From positions 1 through 64,000 of the forward strand of contig JBHICG010000008.1 of the NCBI GenBank assembly GCA_046759445.1: 64,000 bases of DNA. The letters are read 5' to 3'. Source of the stretch: Candidatus Scalinduaceae bacterium. Its GTDB lineage: Bacteria; Planctomycetota; Brocadiia; Brocadiales; Scalinduaceae. The position numbers and the translations under genes were made by a program. Positions 1 through 10,069 of the stretch are shown here, in pieces (within the stretch, counting starts at the first letter, position 1; each line of letters starts with the position of its first letter). Below the pieces are notes generated by a model, which saw only the letters and a program-made list of their open reading frames with translations, was not told the origin of the DNA and did no database searches.

Positions 1-150
1 ACTGCTTTCTTGCTTCATCCCTGTTCTTGCTTTCTCCCCTTTAGGCCGAGTAGGCACCTTTAGGTGGGACTTAACGGCAAGAAAGCACAGGGAGAACAGC
101 AAGAAGTGGAGGATGTTTTTCAATTATTATCCTAAGATATTTTTATTATT

Positions 151-265
151 TTAAGCTAAATACGCAACGTATTCACTTCGAGCAAAACCATTTACGGGTC
201 TGCCGAATTCTTCACACCGTTTCTTTAATGCTTTTACATCAATATCAACCTTTACGATATTTTTG
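151..265 (-). pseudogene. 3' fragment of a small hypothetical protein gene
   Basis: Open frame NIVKVDIDVKALKKRCEEFGRPVNGFARSEYVAYLA* with no start. The upstream part is interrupted by a GC-rich palindromic stretch (279-340). Confidence 0.3.
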
Positions 266-355
266 CTGGTTCAATCTTGCCCGCCCCCGCCAGAATGGGG
301 TGGTTATTGCTACCGGACGAAACTATTCATTCACTCGGGTTGTCACTTCCATGAA

Positions 356-690
356 TTAAACGTACCAAAGTTGATTTTTAATATATTCTGAATTGTGTAG
401 CTCAAGAAGGCGTGCAATCCTGCGAGCCAATTCGTATATGTTTCGACGGGTTGCCATAATAATGCCGTAATGTTCCTTGTTATCTTCAATGAACTTGTTG
501 GCTAACTTTTCAAAATGGATTCGATTATGTGTTAAAAATGTGCATTTGAGTTTTATGGCATGCTCTATTGCTCTTCGTCACTTTTTCCGAGCATTCTTTC
601 ATCAAGGACCGTAAATACCGTGAAACCTTTGGCATTGAGTAGGGGTTTGAGTAATACATCAACATCCTCATCTATATAGAGTGAAGTCAT
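356..690 (-). pseudogene. DUF5615 / PIN-like toxin, frameshifted
   Basis: ATG overlaps the DUF433 stop (ATGA). Reads MTSLYIDEDV...GKSDEEQ* then, in a shifted frame at ~567, EHAIKLKCTFLTHNRIHF...HYGII...QLWYV*. The motifs DEDV, SDEEQ, LTHN and HYGII match this family. Confidence 0.75.
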
Positions 691-980
691 TTTGCAGAGG
701 GGTGGATAAGGTTTTCCTGAATCTTGTTTTCTTCAATATAAGTATCAATCTCTTTCTGATGGTCGCTGTAGTAACTCAGTGCATCAAAGACCTGTGCGAG
801 GGTAAGATGAGGGAGGTGAATGACGATCTCTTCGGGAGATAGTCCCAATCGCCAGTTCTCTACAATAGCACGAACTGGTGTTCTTGTGCCTTTAATGATA
901 GCTTCGCCACCCAGGATGGCAGGATTACGGATGATATAACAATGTTTAGTAGCAGTTTCCATAAAAATTATATTATCCAA
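687..980 (-). CDS. DUF433 domain antitoxin-like protein
   Basis: Motif PAILGGEAIIKGTRTPV...LTLAQVFDALSYY. Confidence 0.9.
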   Translation of the reverse strand: MDNIIFMETATKHCYIIRNPAILGGEAIIKGTRTPVRAIVENWRLGLSPEEIVIHLPHLTLAQVFDALSYYSDHQKEIDTYIEENKIQENLIHPSAK

Positions 981-1066
981 AAGATTACATTATGTCAACT
1001 GTTTAAAGGACTTAATAAGGACCTATATAATCCAAGCCTATTAACGATCGCTGTTTTTTCATCTGG

Positions 1067-1273
1067 TTATACCTCAACTTCCACAGCGCATAGTTCCTTT
1101 TCCGATTTACTCAAATCATTATCCAAAGCGGAAAGGCATCCTTTTATAGCATCCTTGATGTTTTCAATTGCCTCTTCAATAGTATTTCCTTGGGAATGAC
1201 AACCAGGAATTGCTGGGCAGTGAACCACATAGCCAAAATCTTCACCCTTTTCAACAACGACTCTATAAACCAT
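1067..1273 (-). CDS. HicB-family antitoxin (short)
   Basis: GYVVHCPAIPGCHSQGNTIEEAIENIKDAI motif; GGAGG RBS upstream. Confidence 0.85.
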   Translation of the reverse strand: MVYRVVVEKGEDFGYVVHCPAIPGCHSQGNTIEEAIENIKDAIKGCLSALDNDLSKSEKELCAVEVEV

Positions 1274-1559
1274 AATATAGCCTCCAATAAAATGCCGAGA
1301 ATGAGCCCTATTTTATACCATTTTCTTGCGATCTATTTTTGCTTTATTCTCTTTACTTACAGTTTTATATCACCTGACTTTACCAGTGTCAATTTAAAAG
1401 CCATTAGTTAATATTGGACAATGAATGATTAATAGGGACTGGTTAATTGAGACTAACAATGTACTGCACCCCTTGATCAAGTGCAGTCTTTATATTTTTA
1501 ATTTCCTTTGTAATTTAATTATTCTTCATTATCTCTCCGCCACACGGGGTAGCTTTACG

Positions 1560-2927
1560 TTACCCAACATTATTATATTCCCTTACACGGAAACGAACGC
1601 CTAATTTCTCTGCTATCTTTCTACATCCTTCAATATCAATTTCCGGCATGTCTACTACTGAAACCATAACATCAGGTATGAATGTTTTTGCCTCTTTTAT
1701 AAAAGAAAGCAGGGATGTGTATGCTTTGCCATTGAATGATGAGTTACATAGCTTTTGATATTCCTCATCATAATTTGTATTTAGACTGATGCAAATTGTA
1801 TCTATCAAACCTTTAAGTTCTTCACATATTGATCTGCCATTAATCAGGTCACCAAGGCCATTTGTATCAAGCCTTACAACAGCGTCATTTTCTTTTAGAT
1901 ATTTGGCAACTGTCTTCAATACATCCAGACGTTCAGTGGGTTCGCCAAAGCCACAGAAAACGACCTCATCGTAACTTGAGGGATCACCAATGGCGTCTAT
2001 CAGTTCTTCAGTTGATGGTTCATTTTCTAACCCGAGATAATATCCCTTTACATATGGGGCTGTTTCCCTGGAACAAAAGACACAACGATTTGGACAACGG
2101 TTTGTTATATTCAGATAAAGAGAGTTTCTAATAACATAAGCAATATTACCGCTTGAATCTACCTGTCCAATCCCAAAGAGCTTTCTTGCATTGTGAGTTG
2201 TTATCCTTTTAATATCCTCAATAGATAGTTTATGCAATTCTGCAAAGACTGGAATTGTATATTTGAGATAAGATGGTTCGTTTCGTTTACCTCTTTTTTG
2301 TTGAGGAGCCAGGAAAGGACAATCCGTTTCTAAAAGTAACCTTTCAACGGGAACAGATTGGACAACTTCTCTTAACTTGTTAGCATTTGGATATGTTACA
2401 GGCCCTGCAAAGGAGATATAAAACCCAAGTTTCAGGAACTCCTTAACTATTTCTTTGCTCCCACTGAAACAGTGGATAACACCTTCTATCTTACCATTAT
2501 AACAACGGAGGATTTCCAGACAGTCAGCACTTGCATCTCGATTGTGGACTATAATGGGCAACTTTTCTCTCTTTGCTAATTCTATATGTTGTTGAAACAA
2601 ACGTTTTTGGTCTTCTTTTTTGCTGCGATTACGATAATAATCAAGTCCAGTTTCACCTATCGCAATTACCTTATTAGATTTGGCCAGCCTTTCTAATTGA
2701 GACCAATCTTCAGCAGAAACATTTGAGGCCTCATGAGGGTGTATTCCGATGCTTGCATAAATCTGGTTATATTGTTTTGCCAGATCGATAGATTTTATGC
2801 TTGATTCAATACTAACTCCAACGTTGATAAAATATTCTACACCTGATTCTTGAGCTCGTTTTATAACATTATCAAAGTCTTTTCGATAATCTGGAAAATC
2901 CAGATGTGCGTGTGTGTCTATAATCAT
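1560..2927 (-). CDS. TatD-family hydrolase fused to TatD-associated radical SAM domain
   Basis: N-terminal DTHAHL, GETGLDY and ETDCP motifs. C-terminal LYLNITNRCPNRCVFC (CxxxCxxC) and VFCGFGEP. Confidence 0.9.
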   Translation of the reverse strand: MIIDTHAHLDFPDYRKDFDNVIKRAQESGVEYFINVGVSIESSIKSIDLAKQYNQIYASIGIHPHEASNVSAEDWSQLERLAKSNKVIAIGETGLDYYRNRSKKEDQKRLFQQHIELAKREKLPIIVHNRDASADCLEILRCYNGKIEGVIHCFSGSKEIVKEFLKLGFYISFAGPVTYPNANKLREVVQSVPVERLLLETDCPFLAPQQKRGKRNEPSYLKYTIPVFAELHKLSIEDIKRITTHNARKLFGIGQVDSSGNIAYVIRNSLYLNITNRCPNRCVFCSRETAPYVKGYYLGLENEPSTEELIDAIGDPSSYDEVVFCGFGEPTERLDVLKTVAKYLKENDAVVRLDTNGLGDLINGRSICEELKGLIDTICISLNTNYDEEYQKLCNSSFNGKAYTSLLSFIKEAKTFIPDVMVSVVDMPEIDIEGCRKIAEKLGVRFRVREYNNVG

Positions 2928-3163
2928 ATGTTTCTAAAACTCTACAAATTATTGTGATAAAAGTAAATTTTTATACTATTGTTTATTCCTTTGACAAAAG
3001 GATTCTTACTGCCTAAACTGGATACTCGATGAGACCTCTTTTTCAAGAGCCTAGTATCAAATCATACCAGCGATATTGTCCACGTTTTCTCATTTGTGTT
3101 TGATTTAATAAGGGATGTCCAAGATTGGTTAAAATTCCAACTGTGAGTGATCGTGGCTATTTT

Positions 3164-3571
3164 TTACGGGACTCGATCTGCCGTAAAAGCATTCTTTAAT
3201 AATTCTACATCTGGGTTTTTAGAATCTCTTTTAAACAAAATCGAAACCACATCAAAGCGATAATCTATGTCTTCTATTTTATTTGTTGATAGGTAATGTA
3301 ATGCGCAGTTTATAATTTTTCTTCTTTTCTCGTTTGTTATGGACATTTCTGGAGTGCCAAAACTATCTGATAGGCGAGTCTTTACCTCTACGAAAGCGAT
3401 AACGCCTTTATCATATGCAACTATATCGATTTCTCCACTTTTACATATATAATTTCGTTTAAGTATCTTATAGCCATCTTTTTTTAAATACTTTTTGGCT
3501 AAATTCTCACCTATTATCCATAGTTCTTTGGGATCAATTTGACTGGCTTGTGCTATTTTGACTTTGATCAT
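3164..3571 (-). CDS. YraN (UPF0102) family protein
   Basis: GE.LA..YL, RNY, GEIDIVA, FVEVKTR and RFDVV motifs. Confidence 0.9.
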   Translation of the reverse strand: MIKVKIAQASQIDPKELWIIGENLAKKYLKKDGYKILKRNYICKSGEIDIVAYDKGVIAFVEVKTRLSDSFGTPEMSITNEKRRKIINCALHYLSTNKIEDIDYRFDVVSILFKRDSKNPDVELLKNAFTADRVP

Positions 3572-3608
3572 TATAGTTTAAATCAGTATAAAATACACTA
3601 TAGCGCCT

Positions 3609-3971
3609 TTATTTAGTATCAGTCTTTTTTCTGCGAATCTCTTTTAGTCGAGCTTGTTTCCCCATCTTATCACGTAAGTAATATAATTTGGCTCGTCTCA
3701 CTTTATGGGATTTCTTCACTTTTACATCTACCACGTTTGGAGAGTGTACGGGGAAGATTCGTTCAACACCTTCTCCCTGTACTATTCTTCTGACTGTAAA
3801 AGTTTTTCTGTTTGCGCTCCCTTTTTTTGCAATAACTATACCATTAAATATTTGAATACGTTCCTTATCGCCTTCAACCACTTTAGTGTGAACGTCAACC
3901 AGGTCGCCAACTTGAAATTGTGGCATCTTATTTTTCATGTTTTCTTTTTCTACCAAATCAACTATATTCAT
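3609..3971 (-). CDS. rplS: 50S ribosomal protein L19
   Basis: EGDKERIQIFNG...GVERIFP...VRRAKLYYLR. Confidence 0.97.
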   Translation of the reverse strand: MNIVDLVEKENMKNKMPQFQVGDLVDVHTKVVEGDKERIQIFNGIVIAKKGSANRKTFTVRRIVQGEGVERIFPVHSPNVVDVKVKKSHKVRRAKLYYLRDKMGKQARLKEIRRKKTDTK

Positions 3972-4006
3972 GATTCATATTCCTTCCTTACATAAGATAT
4001 TTATCA

Positions 4007-4696
4007 TTATTCTTTATTATTTTCTAGCAAATCAGGCCTTCTTTCAAGTGTCCTCATAATGGCGTTTTTCGTTTGCCATTCTTCAATTTTTCGATGGTTA
4101 CCTGACTTAAGCACTTCAGGAACTTCCATCCCCCTGAACTCAGCAGGTCTTGTGTACTGCGGATATTCTAATGTTTTATTCATAAAGGACTCGTTTTGCA
4201 ATGACCTGTTTCCACCTAAAACACCCGGGATCAATCTTACAATTGCATCTATTATAACCATTGCTGGTATTTCTCCACCGGTAAGTACATAATCACCTAT
4301 AGAAATTTCTGAGACATCTAAACCAATTCTTATTCTTTCATCAAATCCTTCATAGTGTCCGCAAATTATCATCAAACGAGTCTCTTTTGACAGATTGTTG
4401 GCAATTTCCTGGTTAAAAGTTTTTCCTTGTGGTGTTAATAATATTTTTTTAGATATTATATTATCTTGTATTTCTACTGCCTCAACGGCATTAAATAGAG
4501 GTTCCGGTTTTATAATCATACCAGCGCCACCGCTATAGGGTTTATCATCTACACATTTATGCTTGTCATTTGTGAAATCTCTTATGTTATGCAAATAATA
4601 ACTCACCAGTTTCTTTTCCTGCGCAATCTTCAATATACTTCTTCCCAGCACATTATGAAACATCTCTGGAAATAAAGTCAAGGTATCTATTCTCAT
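4007..4696 (-). CDS. trmD: tRNA (guanine37-N1)-methyltransferase
   Basis: TLFPEMF, CGHYEGFDER, SIGDYVLTGGE, LEYPQYTRP. Confidence 0.97.
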   Translation of the reverse strand: MRIDTLTLFPEMFHNVLGRSILKIAQEKKLVSYYLHNIRDFTNDKHKCVDDKPYSGGAGMIIKPEPLFNAVEAVEIQDNIISKKILLTPQGKTFNQEIANNLSKETRLMIICGHYEGFDERIRIGLDVSEISIGDYVLTGGEIPAMVIIDAIVRLIPGVLGGNRSLQNESFMNKTLEYPQYTRPAEFRGMEVPEVLKSGNHRKIEEWQTKNAIMRTLERRPDLLENNKE

Positions 4697-4704
4697 AAGG
4701 ACAC

Positions 4705-4962
4705 TTATTTCTTAAATGGTATTTTATTTTTTTTGAGAATGCTTCCCACAGTCTCAGTTGGTTTAGCACCCACACTAAGCCAGTATTCGATTCTTTCTCT
4801 TTTTAATACTACTTTCTTGGAATCTTCTTTCTCCATTGGGTCGTACGTACCTAATTGTTCGATACTTTTGCCATCACGTTTTTCTCGAGCATCAAAAGCG
4901 CATATTCTGTAAAAAGGTCTATTCCTTCTTCCCATCCTTTTTAACCTTATCCTTACTGCCAT
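4705..4962 (-). CDS. rpsP: 30S ribosomal protein S16
   Basis: MAVRIRLKRMGRRNRPFYRI...YWLSVGAKPTETV. Confidence 0.97.
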   Translation of the reverse strand: MAVRIRLKRMGRRNRPFYRICAFDAREKRDGKSIEQLGTYDPMEKEDSKKVVLKRERIEYWLSVGAKPTETVGSILKKNKIPFKK

Positions 4963-5016
4963 ACATTTTCTCCCTTTATTAATGAATGTAATAGTTTAAA
5001 ACATATATGTCTATGT

Positions 5017-6408
5017 TCACCTTCGCCTCTTATTTCTTTTTTCCTTCTTTCGTTTGATCTTGAATTTTCTAGGAGTATTCATGGAAAGAGGTGATATGCC
5101 AGATGTTGCGAAGGATTTTGCCTCATTGCCACTAAAATGTCTAAACATTTTTTTCATTTGCTTAAATTGTTTTAGTAATTTGCTGACCTCATGTACATTT
5201 GTACCACTCCCGTAAGCTATCCTGTGCCTCCTGCTGCCTTCAATAACATCAGGACGCATTCGCTCTTCAAGTGTCATTGCGCGAATTATGGCTTCAACTC
5301 TTTTTAATTGTTTTTCGTCGAAGTCTATTCCCTCCATCTTTTTTCCTATTCCTGGAATCATACCCATTATATCTTTCAATGGTCCCATTTTTCTTACTTG
5401 TTGCAATTGGTTAAGAAAATCATCAAGAGATAATGCGTTGTCTTTAATTTTCCGTTCCAATTTTCCAGCTTCTTCCGCATCAATAACATTCTGAGCTTTT
5501 TCAACTAACGAGACAACGTCTCCCATTCCCAGGATCCTAGAAGCCATCCGGTCTGGATAAAATTCTTCAAGCTTATCAAGCTTTTCACCAACTCCAACGA
5601 ACTTTATAGGCTTGCCGGTAACGGCTTTGATTGATAAAGCTGCACCTCCTCTGGCATCACCATCTAATTTTGTTAAAATAACACCATCAAAGTTCAATTG
5701 TGCATTAAATTCTTTTGCACTGTTAACGGCATCCTGGCCAGTCATAGAATCGCAAACGAAGAAAATCTGAGCTGGTTTTGTTTTATCCTTGATTTCTTTT
5801 AGCTCTGACATTAACTCTTCATCAATGTGTAATCTACCAGCTGTATCGAGAATAACAACATCGCAGTTATTTGCTTTTGCAAATTTAACAGCTCCTTTGC
5901 ATATCTTAACGGGCATAACACCTTCTTGTGAATGTACGGGTATGTTAAGTTGTTTGCCGAGTATTTTTAATTGTTCAATTGCGGCTGGCCTCTGTGTATC
6001 AGCGGCTACGAGTATAGGTTTTTTTCCATTTGATAAGATCATATTTGCCAGCTTGCCAGATGTTGTAGTTTTACCACTGCCCTGCAATCCCACAAGCATT
6101 ATGACGGTAATATCATTATCAACAAATGATATAGTTGAGTCTACAGGACCCATAAGATGTTCCAACTCATCTTGAACTATCTTAACTATTTGTTGGCCTG
6201 GTGTGACACTTCTAATTACTTCCTCTCCAACGGCTCTTTCTGTAACCTTCTCAATGAAATCCTTAACTACTTTATAGCTAGTATCTGCTTCAAGGAGTGC
6301 GATTCTTATTTCTCGCAAACCATCTTTTATGTTTACGTCTGTTAATCTTCCTCTCCCTCGCAGTTTATTAAGTGCAGTTTCAAGACTCCCTGTTATAGAC
6401 TCAAACAT
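5017..6408 (-). CDS. ffh: Signal recognition particle protein
   Basis: GLQGSGKTT, DTAGRL, TKLDGDARGG, RMASRILGMGD and M domain. Confidence 0.97.
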   Translation of the reverse strand: MFESITGSLETALNKLRGRGRLTDVNIKDGLREIRIALLEADTSYKVVKDFIEKVTERAVGEEVIRSVTPGQQIVKIVQDELEHLMGPVDSTISFVDNDITVIMLVGLQGSGKTTTSGKLANMILSNGKKPILVAADTQRPAAIEQLKILGKQLNIPVHSQEGVMPVKICKGAVKFAKANNCDVVILDTAGRLHIDEELMSELKEIKDKTKPAQIFFVCDSMTGQDAVNSAKEFNAQLNFDGVILTKLDGDARGGAALSIKAVTGKPIKFVGVGEKLDKLEEFYPDRMASRILGMGDVVSLVEKAQNVIDAEEAGKLERKIKDNALSLDDFLNQLQQVRKMGPLKDIMGMIPGIGKKMEGIDFDEKQLKRVEAIIRAMTLEERMRPDVIEGSRRHRIAYGSGTNVHEVSKLLKQFKQMKKMFRHFSGNEAKSFATSGISPLSMNTPRKFKIKRKKEKRNKRRR

Positions 6409-6537
6409 GTTTCACCTTGACATTTTTTTGAAAAAAAATTCAAAGTAATAGTTATAATGCGATATAAATAAATATCTTAGCTATTACTAAAACCCTATAT
6501 TATGTATAAATTTAAATAATATTCAATACAAAATATC

Positions 6538-7836
6538 TCATTCCTTTTCTCGCCATATCTTAGCGCCTAAACTGGCAAGTCGGTCTTCCAATCTTTCGTA
6601 TCCTCTATCTATATGATACAGTCTTCTAATCTTTGTAACTCCTTTTGCTACCAAGCCGGCAATTACAAGTGATGCGCTTGCTCTTAAGTCAGATGCCATT
6701 ACAGTTGCACCTGAAAGTGTGGGTACGCCATTAATAATAGCAATAGCATCTTCATTCCTAATGTTTGCACCCATTCTATTGAGTTCCGCAACCTGCATAA
6801 ATCGATGTGGAAATATATTTTCAGTTATTATGCTTACACCTTTTGCAATGCTAAGTAATGATGCAAATTGTGCTTGCATATCAGTGGGGATACCAGGGTA
6901 TGGTAACGTAGTAATGTTAGCAGAATTAAAACTTTTGTTACCTTTAACAATACATTCCCCAAGTATTTTACCATTAGAATAATCATTACTAACGTTGCGA
7001 ATTTGAATGTTAACCCCGATTTCATTCAACTTATCAATGATAGAAGTTAAGTGACAGGGTATGATGTTTTCCACTACGATGCTACCTCCTGTTATTGCCC
7101 CTGCAATCATAATGGTTCCTGCCTCAATTCTGTCGGGAATTATTTCATATTCTGTCCCGTGTAGTTCTTCGACTCCATTAATAATAAGGGCCTTATCCCC
7201 AATACCACTTATCTTTGCTCCAGCCTTATTAAGAAAGTTAGCCAGATCTTGCACCTCAGGCTCACAGGCAGCATTTTCTATGATTGTTCTTCCCTCACCA
7301 AGCGTTGCTGCCATCATGACGTTGCAGGTACCTAAAACTGTTGAACCTTTCGGACCTCCAAGGTAAATTGTGTTTCCTTTTAGTTTATTTCCAGTTGCAA
7401 TTATATAGCCATCTTTTATCTCAACCTGAGCACCTAGTGATTTGATGCCTTTAATATGAAGGTCAATAGGTCTGGGGCCAATTGAACAGCCTCCGGGAAT
7501 AGATACCTTTGCCTTGCCTCTTCTTCCAAGCAGTGGGCCCAGCACACATATTGATGCCCTCATTTTGCGTACAAGATCATACGGGGCGGTTACGTTTTCT
7601 TCTTTCTTAACGGTTAATTCAAGGGAACCGTCCGCACATCTTTCTGTAATAACACCCAGTGTGTTGAGAATCTTGCAAAGGGTTTTTATGTCTGTAAGCT
7701 CTGGAATACCCTTTATTTTTGATGTTCCATTAGTCAACAAACAAGCAGCCAGGATAGGCAATGCAGCATTCTTTGCGCCATTTATCCTGATATTTCCATA
7801 TAAGGGAGCACCTCCCTCTATTACCATCTTTTCCAT
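6538..7836 (-). CDS. murA: UDP-N-acetylglucosamine 1-carboxyvinyltransferase
   Basis: GAKNAALP, MRAS, PGGCSIGPRPID, PTDMQAQ, DLRASA. Confidence 0.97.
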   Translation of the reverse strand: MEKMVIEGGAPLYGNIRINGAKNAALPILAACLLTNGTSKIKGIPELTDIKTLCKILNTLGVITERCADGSLELTVKKEENVTAPYDLVRKMRASICVLGPLLGRRGKAKVSIPGGCSIGPRPIDLHIKGIKSLGAQVEIKDGYIIATGNKLKGNTIYLGGPKGSTVLGTCNVMMAATLGEGRTIIENAACEPEVQDLANFLNKAGAKISGIGDKALIINGVEELHGTEYEIIPDRIEAGTIMIAGAITGGSIVVENIIPCHLTSIIDKLNEIGVNIQIRNVSNDYSNGKILGECIVKGNKSFNSANITTLPYPGIPTDMQAQFASLLSIAKGVSIITENIFPHRFMQVAELNRMGANIRNEDAIAIINGVPTLSGATVMASDLRASASLVIAGLVAKGVTKIRRLYHIDRGYERLEDRLASLGAKIWREKE

Positions 7837-7988
7837 TACATTGATTTATTAATATCTTAAATCCTAAGAAATAATTTTAGACTTAAAAGATTCTTTAATA
7901 TAGTTGACATAATAATATGTAACTAAAGTAATCCAATAATTATGTATACCTGCTTTCTATAGGCATCAGAGCAATTGGTGCATAAATT

Positions 7989-8060
7989 AGCCCATGGGGG
8001 GATTTGAACCCCCAACCTCATCATTACGAATGACGCGCTCTACCGTTGAGCCACACGGGC
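7989..8060 (-). tRNA. tRNA-Thr(CGT), CCA not encoded
   Basis: Minus strand GCCCGTGTGGCTCAACGGTAGAGCG-CGTCA-TTCGTAA-TGATG-AGGTTGGGGGTTCAAATCCCCCCATGGGC folds as a cloverleaf with anticodon CGT. Confidence 0.93.
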
Positions 8061-8295
8061 TAAAAATACATTAAAAAAAGCTTGTTTTATACTACTCGCA
8101 TTTCAAGACAGAATGTTTTGTGACCTCTGACTACCTTTTTTGTATACACATAAGCTTGAAATTACAATATTCAATACTTCATTTCAAGTTATTTAACTAT
8201 TTCCATCCTACTATTAACAAAGAACTTATCAATGGATTTAGCTCATTTCTATTAGCAACACCGTTTTTAGTTTCTGGTTCAGTAAAGAAAACCAT

Positions 8296-8610
8296 TTATT
8301 TTTTTCTATATGTGATATTTGATAAGGAATAACCCTTCTGTTCTAGAAACTGAAGCATCTTTTTGTTTAATTTTTGAGTTTTAGAATAGTCGGGTAACCA
8401 GAATTTAGTAGTATCAATTCCGCTTATTGTTTTACTGTTTGAATTTATAATGCAAACTGTTTCACCTGAAGTCTCATTCTGATATTTAACCAAGATAATG
8501 CCATCATTTGGATCGAAATCGATATCAGCTCTTATATCCTCTTCGTCACATAATTTACCAATATTTTTTACTAAATCTATTAAATCAACTAATGGGTTGT
8601 TTCTTTGCAT
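8296..8610 (-). CDS. Hypothetical protein
   Basis: 104-aa ORF with ATG start and protein-like composition; no motif recognised. Confidence 0.7.
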   Translation of the reverse strand: MQRNNPLVDLIDLVKNIGKLCDEEDIRADIDFDPNDGIILVKYQNETSGETVCIINSNSKTISGIDTTKFWLPDYSKTQKLNKKMLQFLEQKGYSLSNITYRKK

Positions 8611-8872
8611 GACTTATAACCATATTAAGATTGGGTAAAACAACATATTCATAATTTATTCAAGAAATATTTCTTGTGTACCTTTCCTTTTTGTTCACAT
8701 TTTATCAGAAATAAGATCACAAAATTTAAGTGTTTTATTTGTAATCTTCATCATAATCATATTACCTAAACGAATATTGAAAGGTCAGATAGGTGCACCT
8801 CTAATAAGTATTAAAAGGCAATTATGTCAAGATTAAGAGGGAATGATCAATTTAGGTTAGAAGATAATAAGC

Positions 8873-9706
8873 CTAATTACCATGCAACACTTCTCGTATT
8901 TTTTTTACCTTTTCAATTAGTGGAGGTAATAAATCTAAAGGTAACATTGATGCTGAATCTGACAATGCCTTCTCGGGACATTCATGTACTTCTAAAAATA
9001 ATCCATCACAACCTACAGCAACAGCGGCCTTTGTTAAGGGTTCAATCATTTCTCTCTGTCCTCCGGAAGTTGTGCCTTCTTTACCAGGTAATTGTACACT
9101 ATGTGTGGCATCGTAGAAAACCGGGTATCCCATGTCCTTGATAATAACGATTGAACGCATATCAGTTACAAGGTTGTTATAACCAAACATTGTACCTCTT
9201 TCAGTAAATATTATGTTCTCATTACCTGTAGAAATGATCTTTTCTGCTATATTTCTAACATCCCATGGGGCTAAGAATTGTCCCTTTTTTATGTTTATTG
9301 GTTTACCTGTTTTTGCCGCATGTATAAGTAAGTCAGTTTGTCTGCAAAGAAACGCAGGTATCTGGATTATGTCTAAAACATCCTTTACTTCATCTATTTC
9401 ATTAGAACAATGAACGTCTGAAAGTACAGGTATGCCAATTTGTCTTTTAATCTTTGATAGAATCTTGATGCCCTTTTTAATACCGGGTCCTCTGTATGAT
9501 TTGACAGATGTACGATTTGCCTTATCATATGATGCCTTGAAAATAAATGGTATTTTTGCACTATACGTTATTGCCTTAAGCCTTTCAGCAACTCTGCAGC
9601 AACCGTCTTCATTTTCAATAACACAGGGTCCTGCAATCAAAACTAAAGGATGATTTTCCCCAAGTATTATGTCATTTATCTGAATTTTACTTTTGTCTTT
9701 CATCAA
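8873..9706 (-). CDS. kdsA: 3-deoxy-8-phosphooctulonate (KDO8P) synthase
   Basis: IAGPCVIE, KASYDKANRTS, QIPAFLCRQTDL, KKGQFLAP, DATHSVQ. Start probably 9703. Confidence 0.96.
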   Translation of the reverse strand: MMKDKSKIQINDIILGENHPLVLIAGPCVIENEDGCCRVAERLKAITYSAKIPFIFKASYDKANRTSVKSYRGPGIKKGIKILSKIKRQIGIPVLSDVHCSNEIDEVKDVLDIIQIPAFLCRQTDLLIHAAKTGKPINIKKGQFLAPWDVRNIAEKIISTGNENIIFTERGTMFGYNNLVTDMRSIVIIKDMGYPVFYDATHSVQLPGKEGTTSGGQREMIEPLTKAAVAVGCDGLFLEVHECPEKALSDSASMLPLDLLPPLIEKVKKIREVLHGN

Positions 9707-10069
9707 GAAATTAATTTATGCTCAGCAAAAATGATTTGTTAACACTATAAAGCATCATACGGTATGATTATTAAAATGACAAAAATGATTATTGGTGTGA
9801 AGATTATCTATATCATAGTTCTAAATATTAGTCAAACCTTTAATTTCTGACAAATTTTCATTTGCATTTTTATATATATTTGATATAAATTCTCTTAGTA
9901 TATCCAGATAAGACATAAGGTAAACTGTTGTTTACAATCTGTAACATTACACTGCTGATTTCAACGTTTAATGTTTGAATTTGATAGTATTCATATCAGA
10001 TTAGCTTAAGTTGGAAAGCTCAATTACAGTTATATAAGTTGAAAATTATGCAACATTATAGGAGTTAAA

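Noticed and set aside
5..115. Long imperfect inverted repeat at the window start
   Set aside because: It is truncated by the window edge and cannot be classified beyond a probable REP or MITE fragment.
7989..8610. tRNA-Thr as an island integration site
   Set aside because: No integrase or duplicated tRNA 3' end was seen, and the flanks are housekeeping genes.
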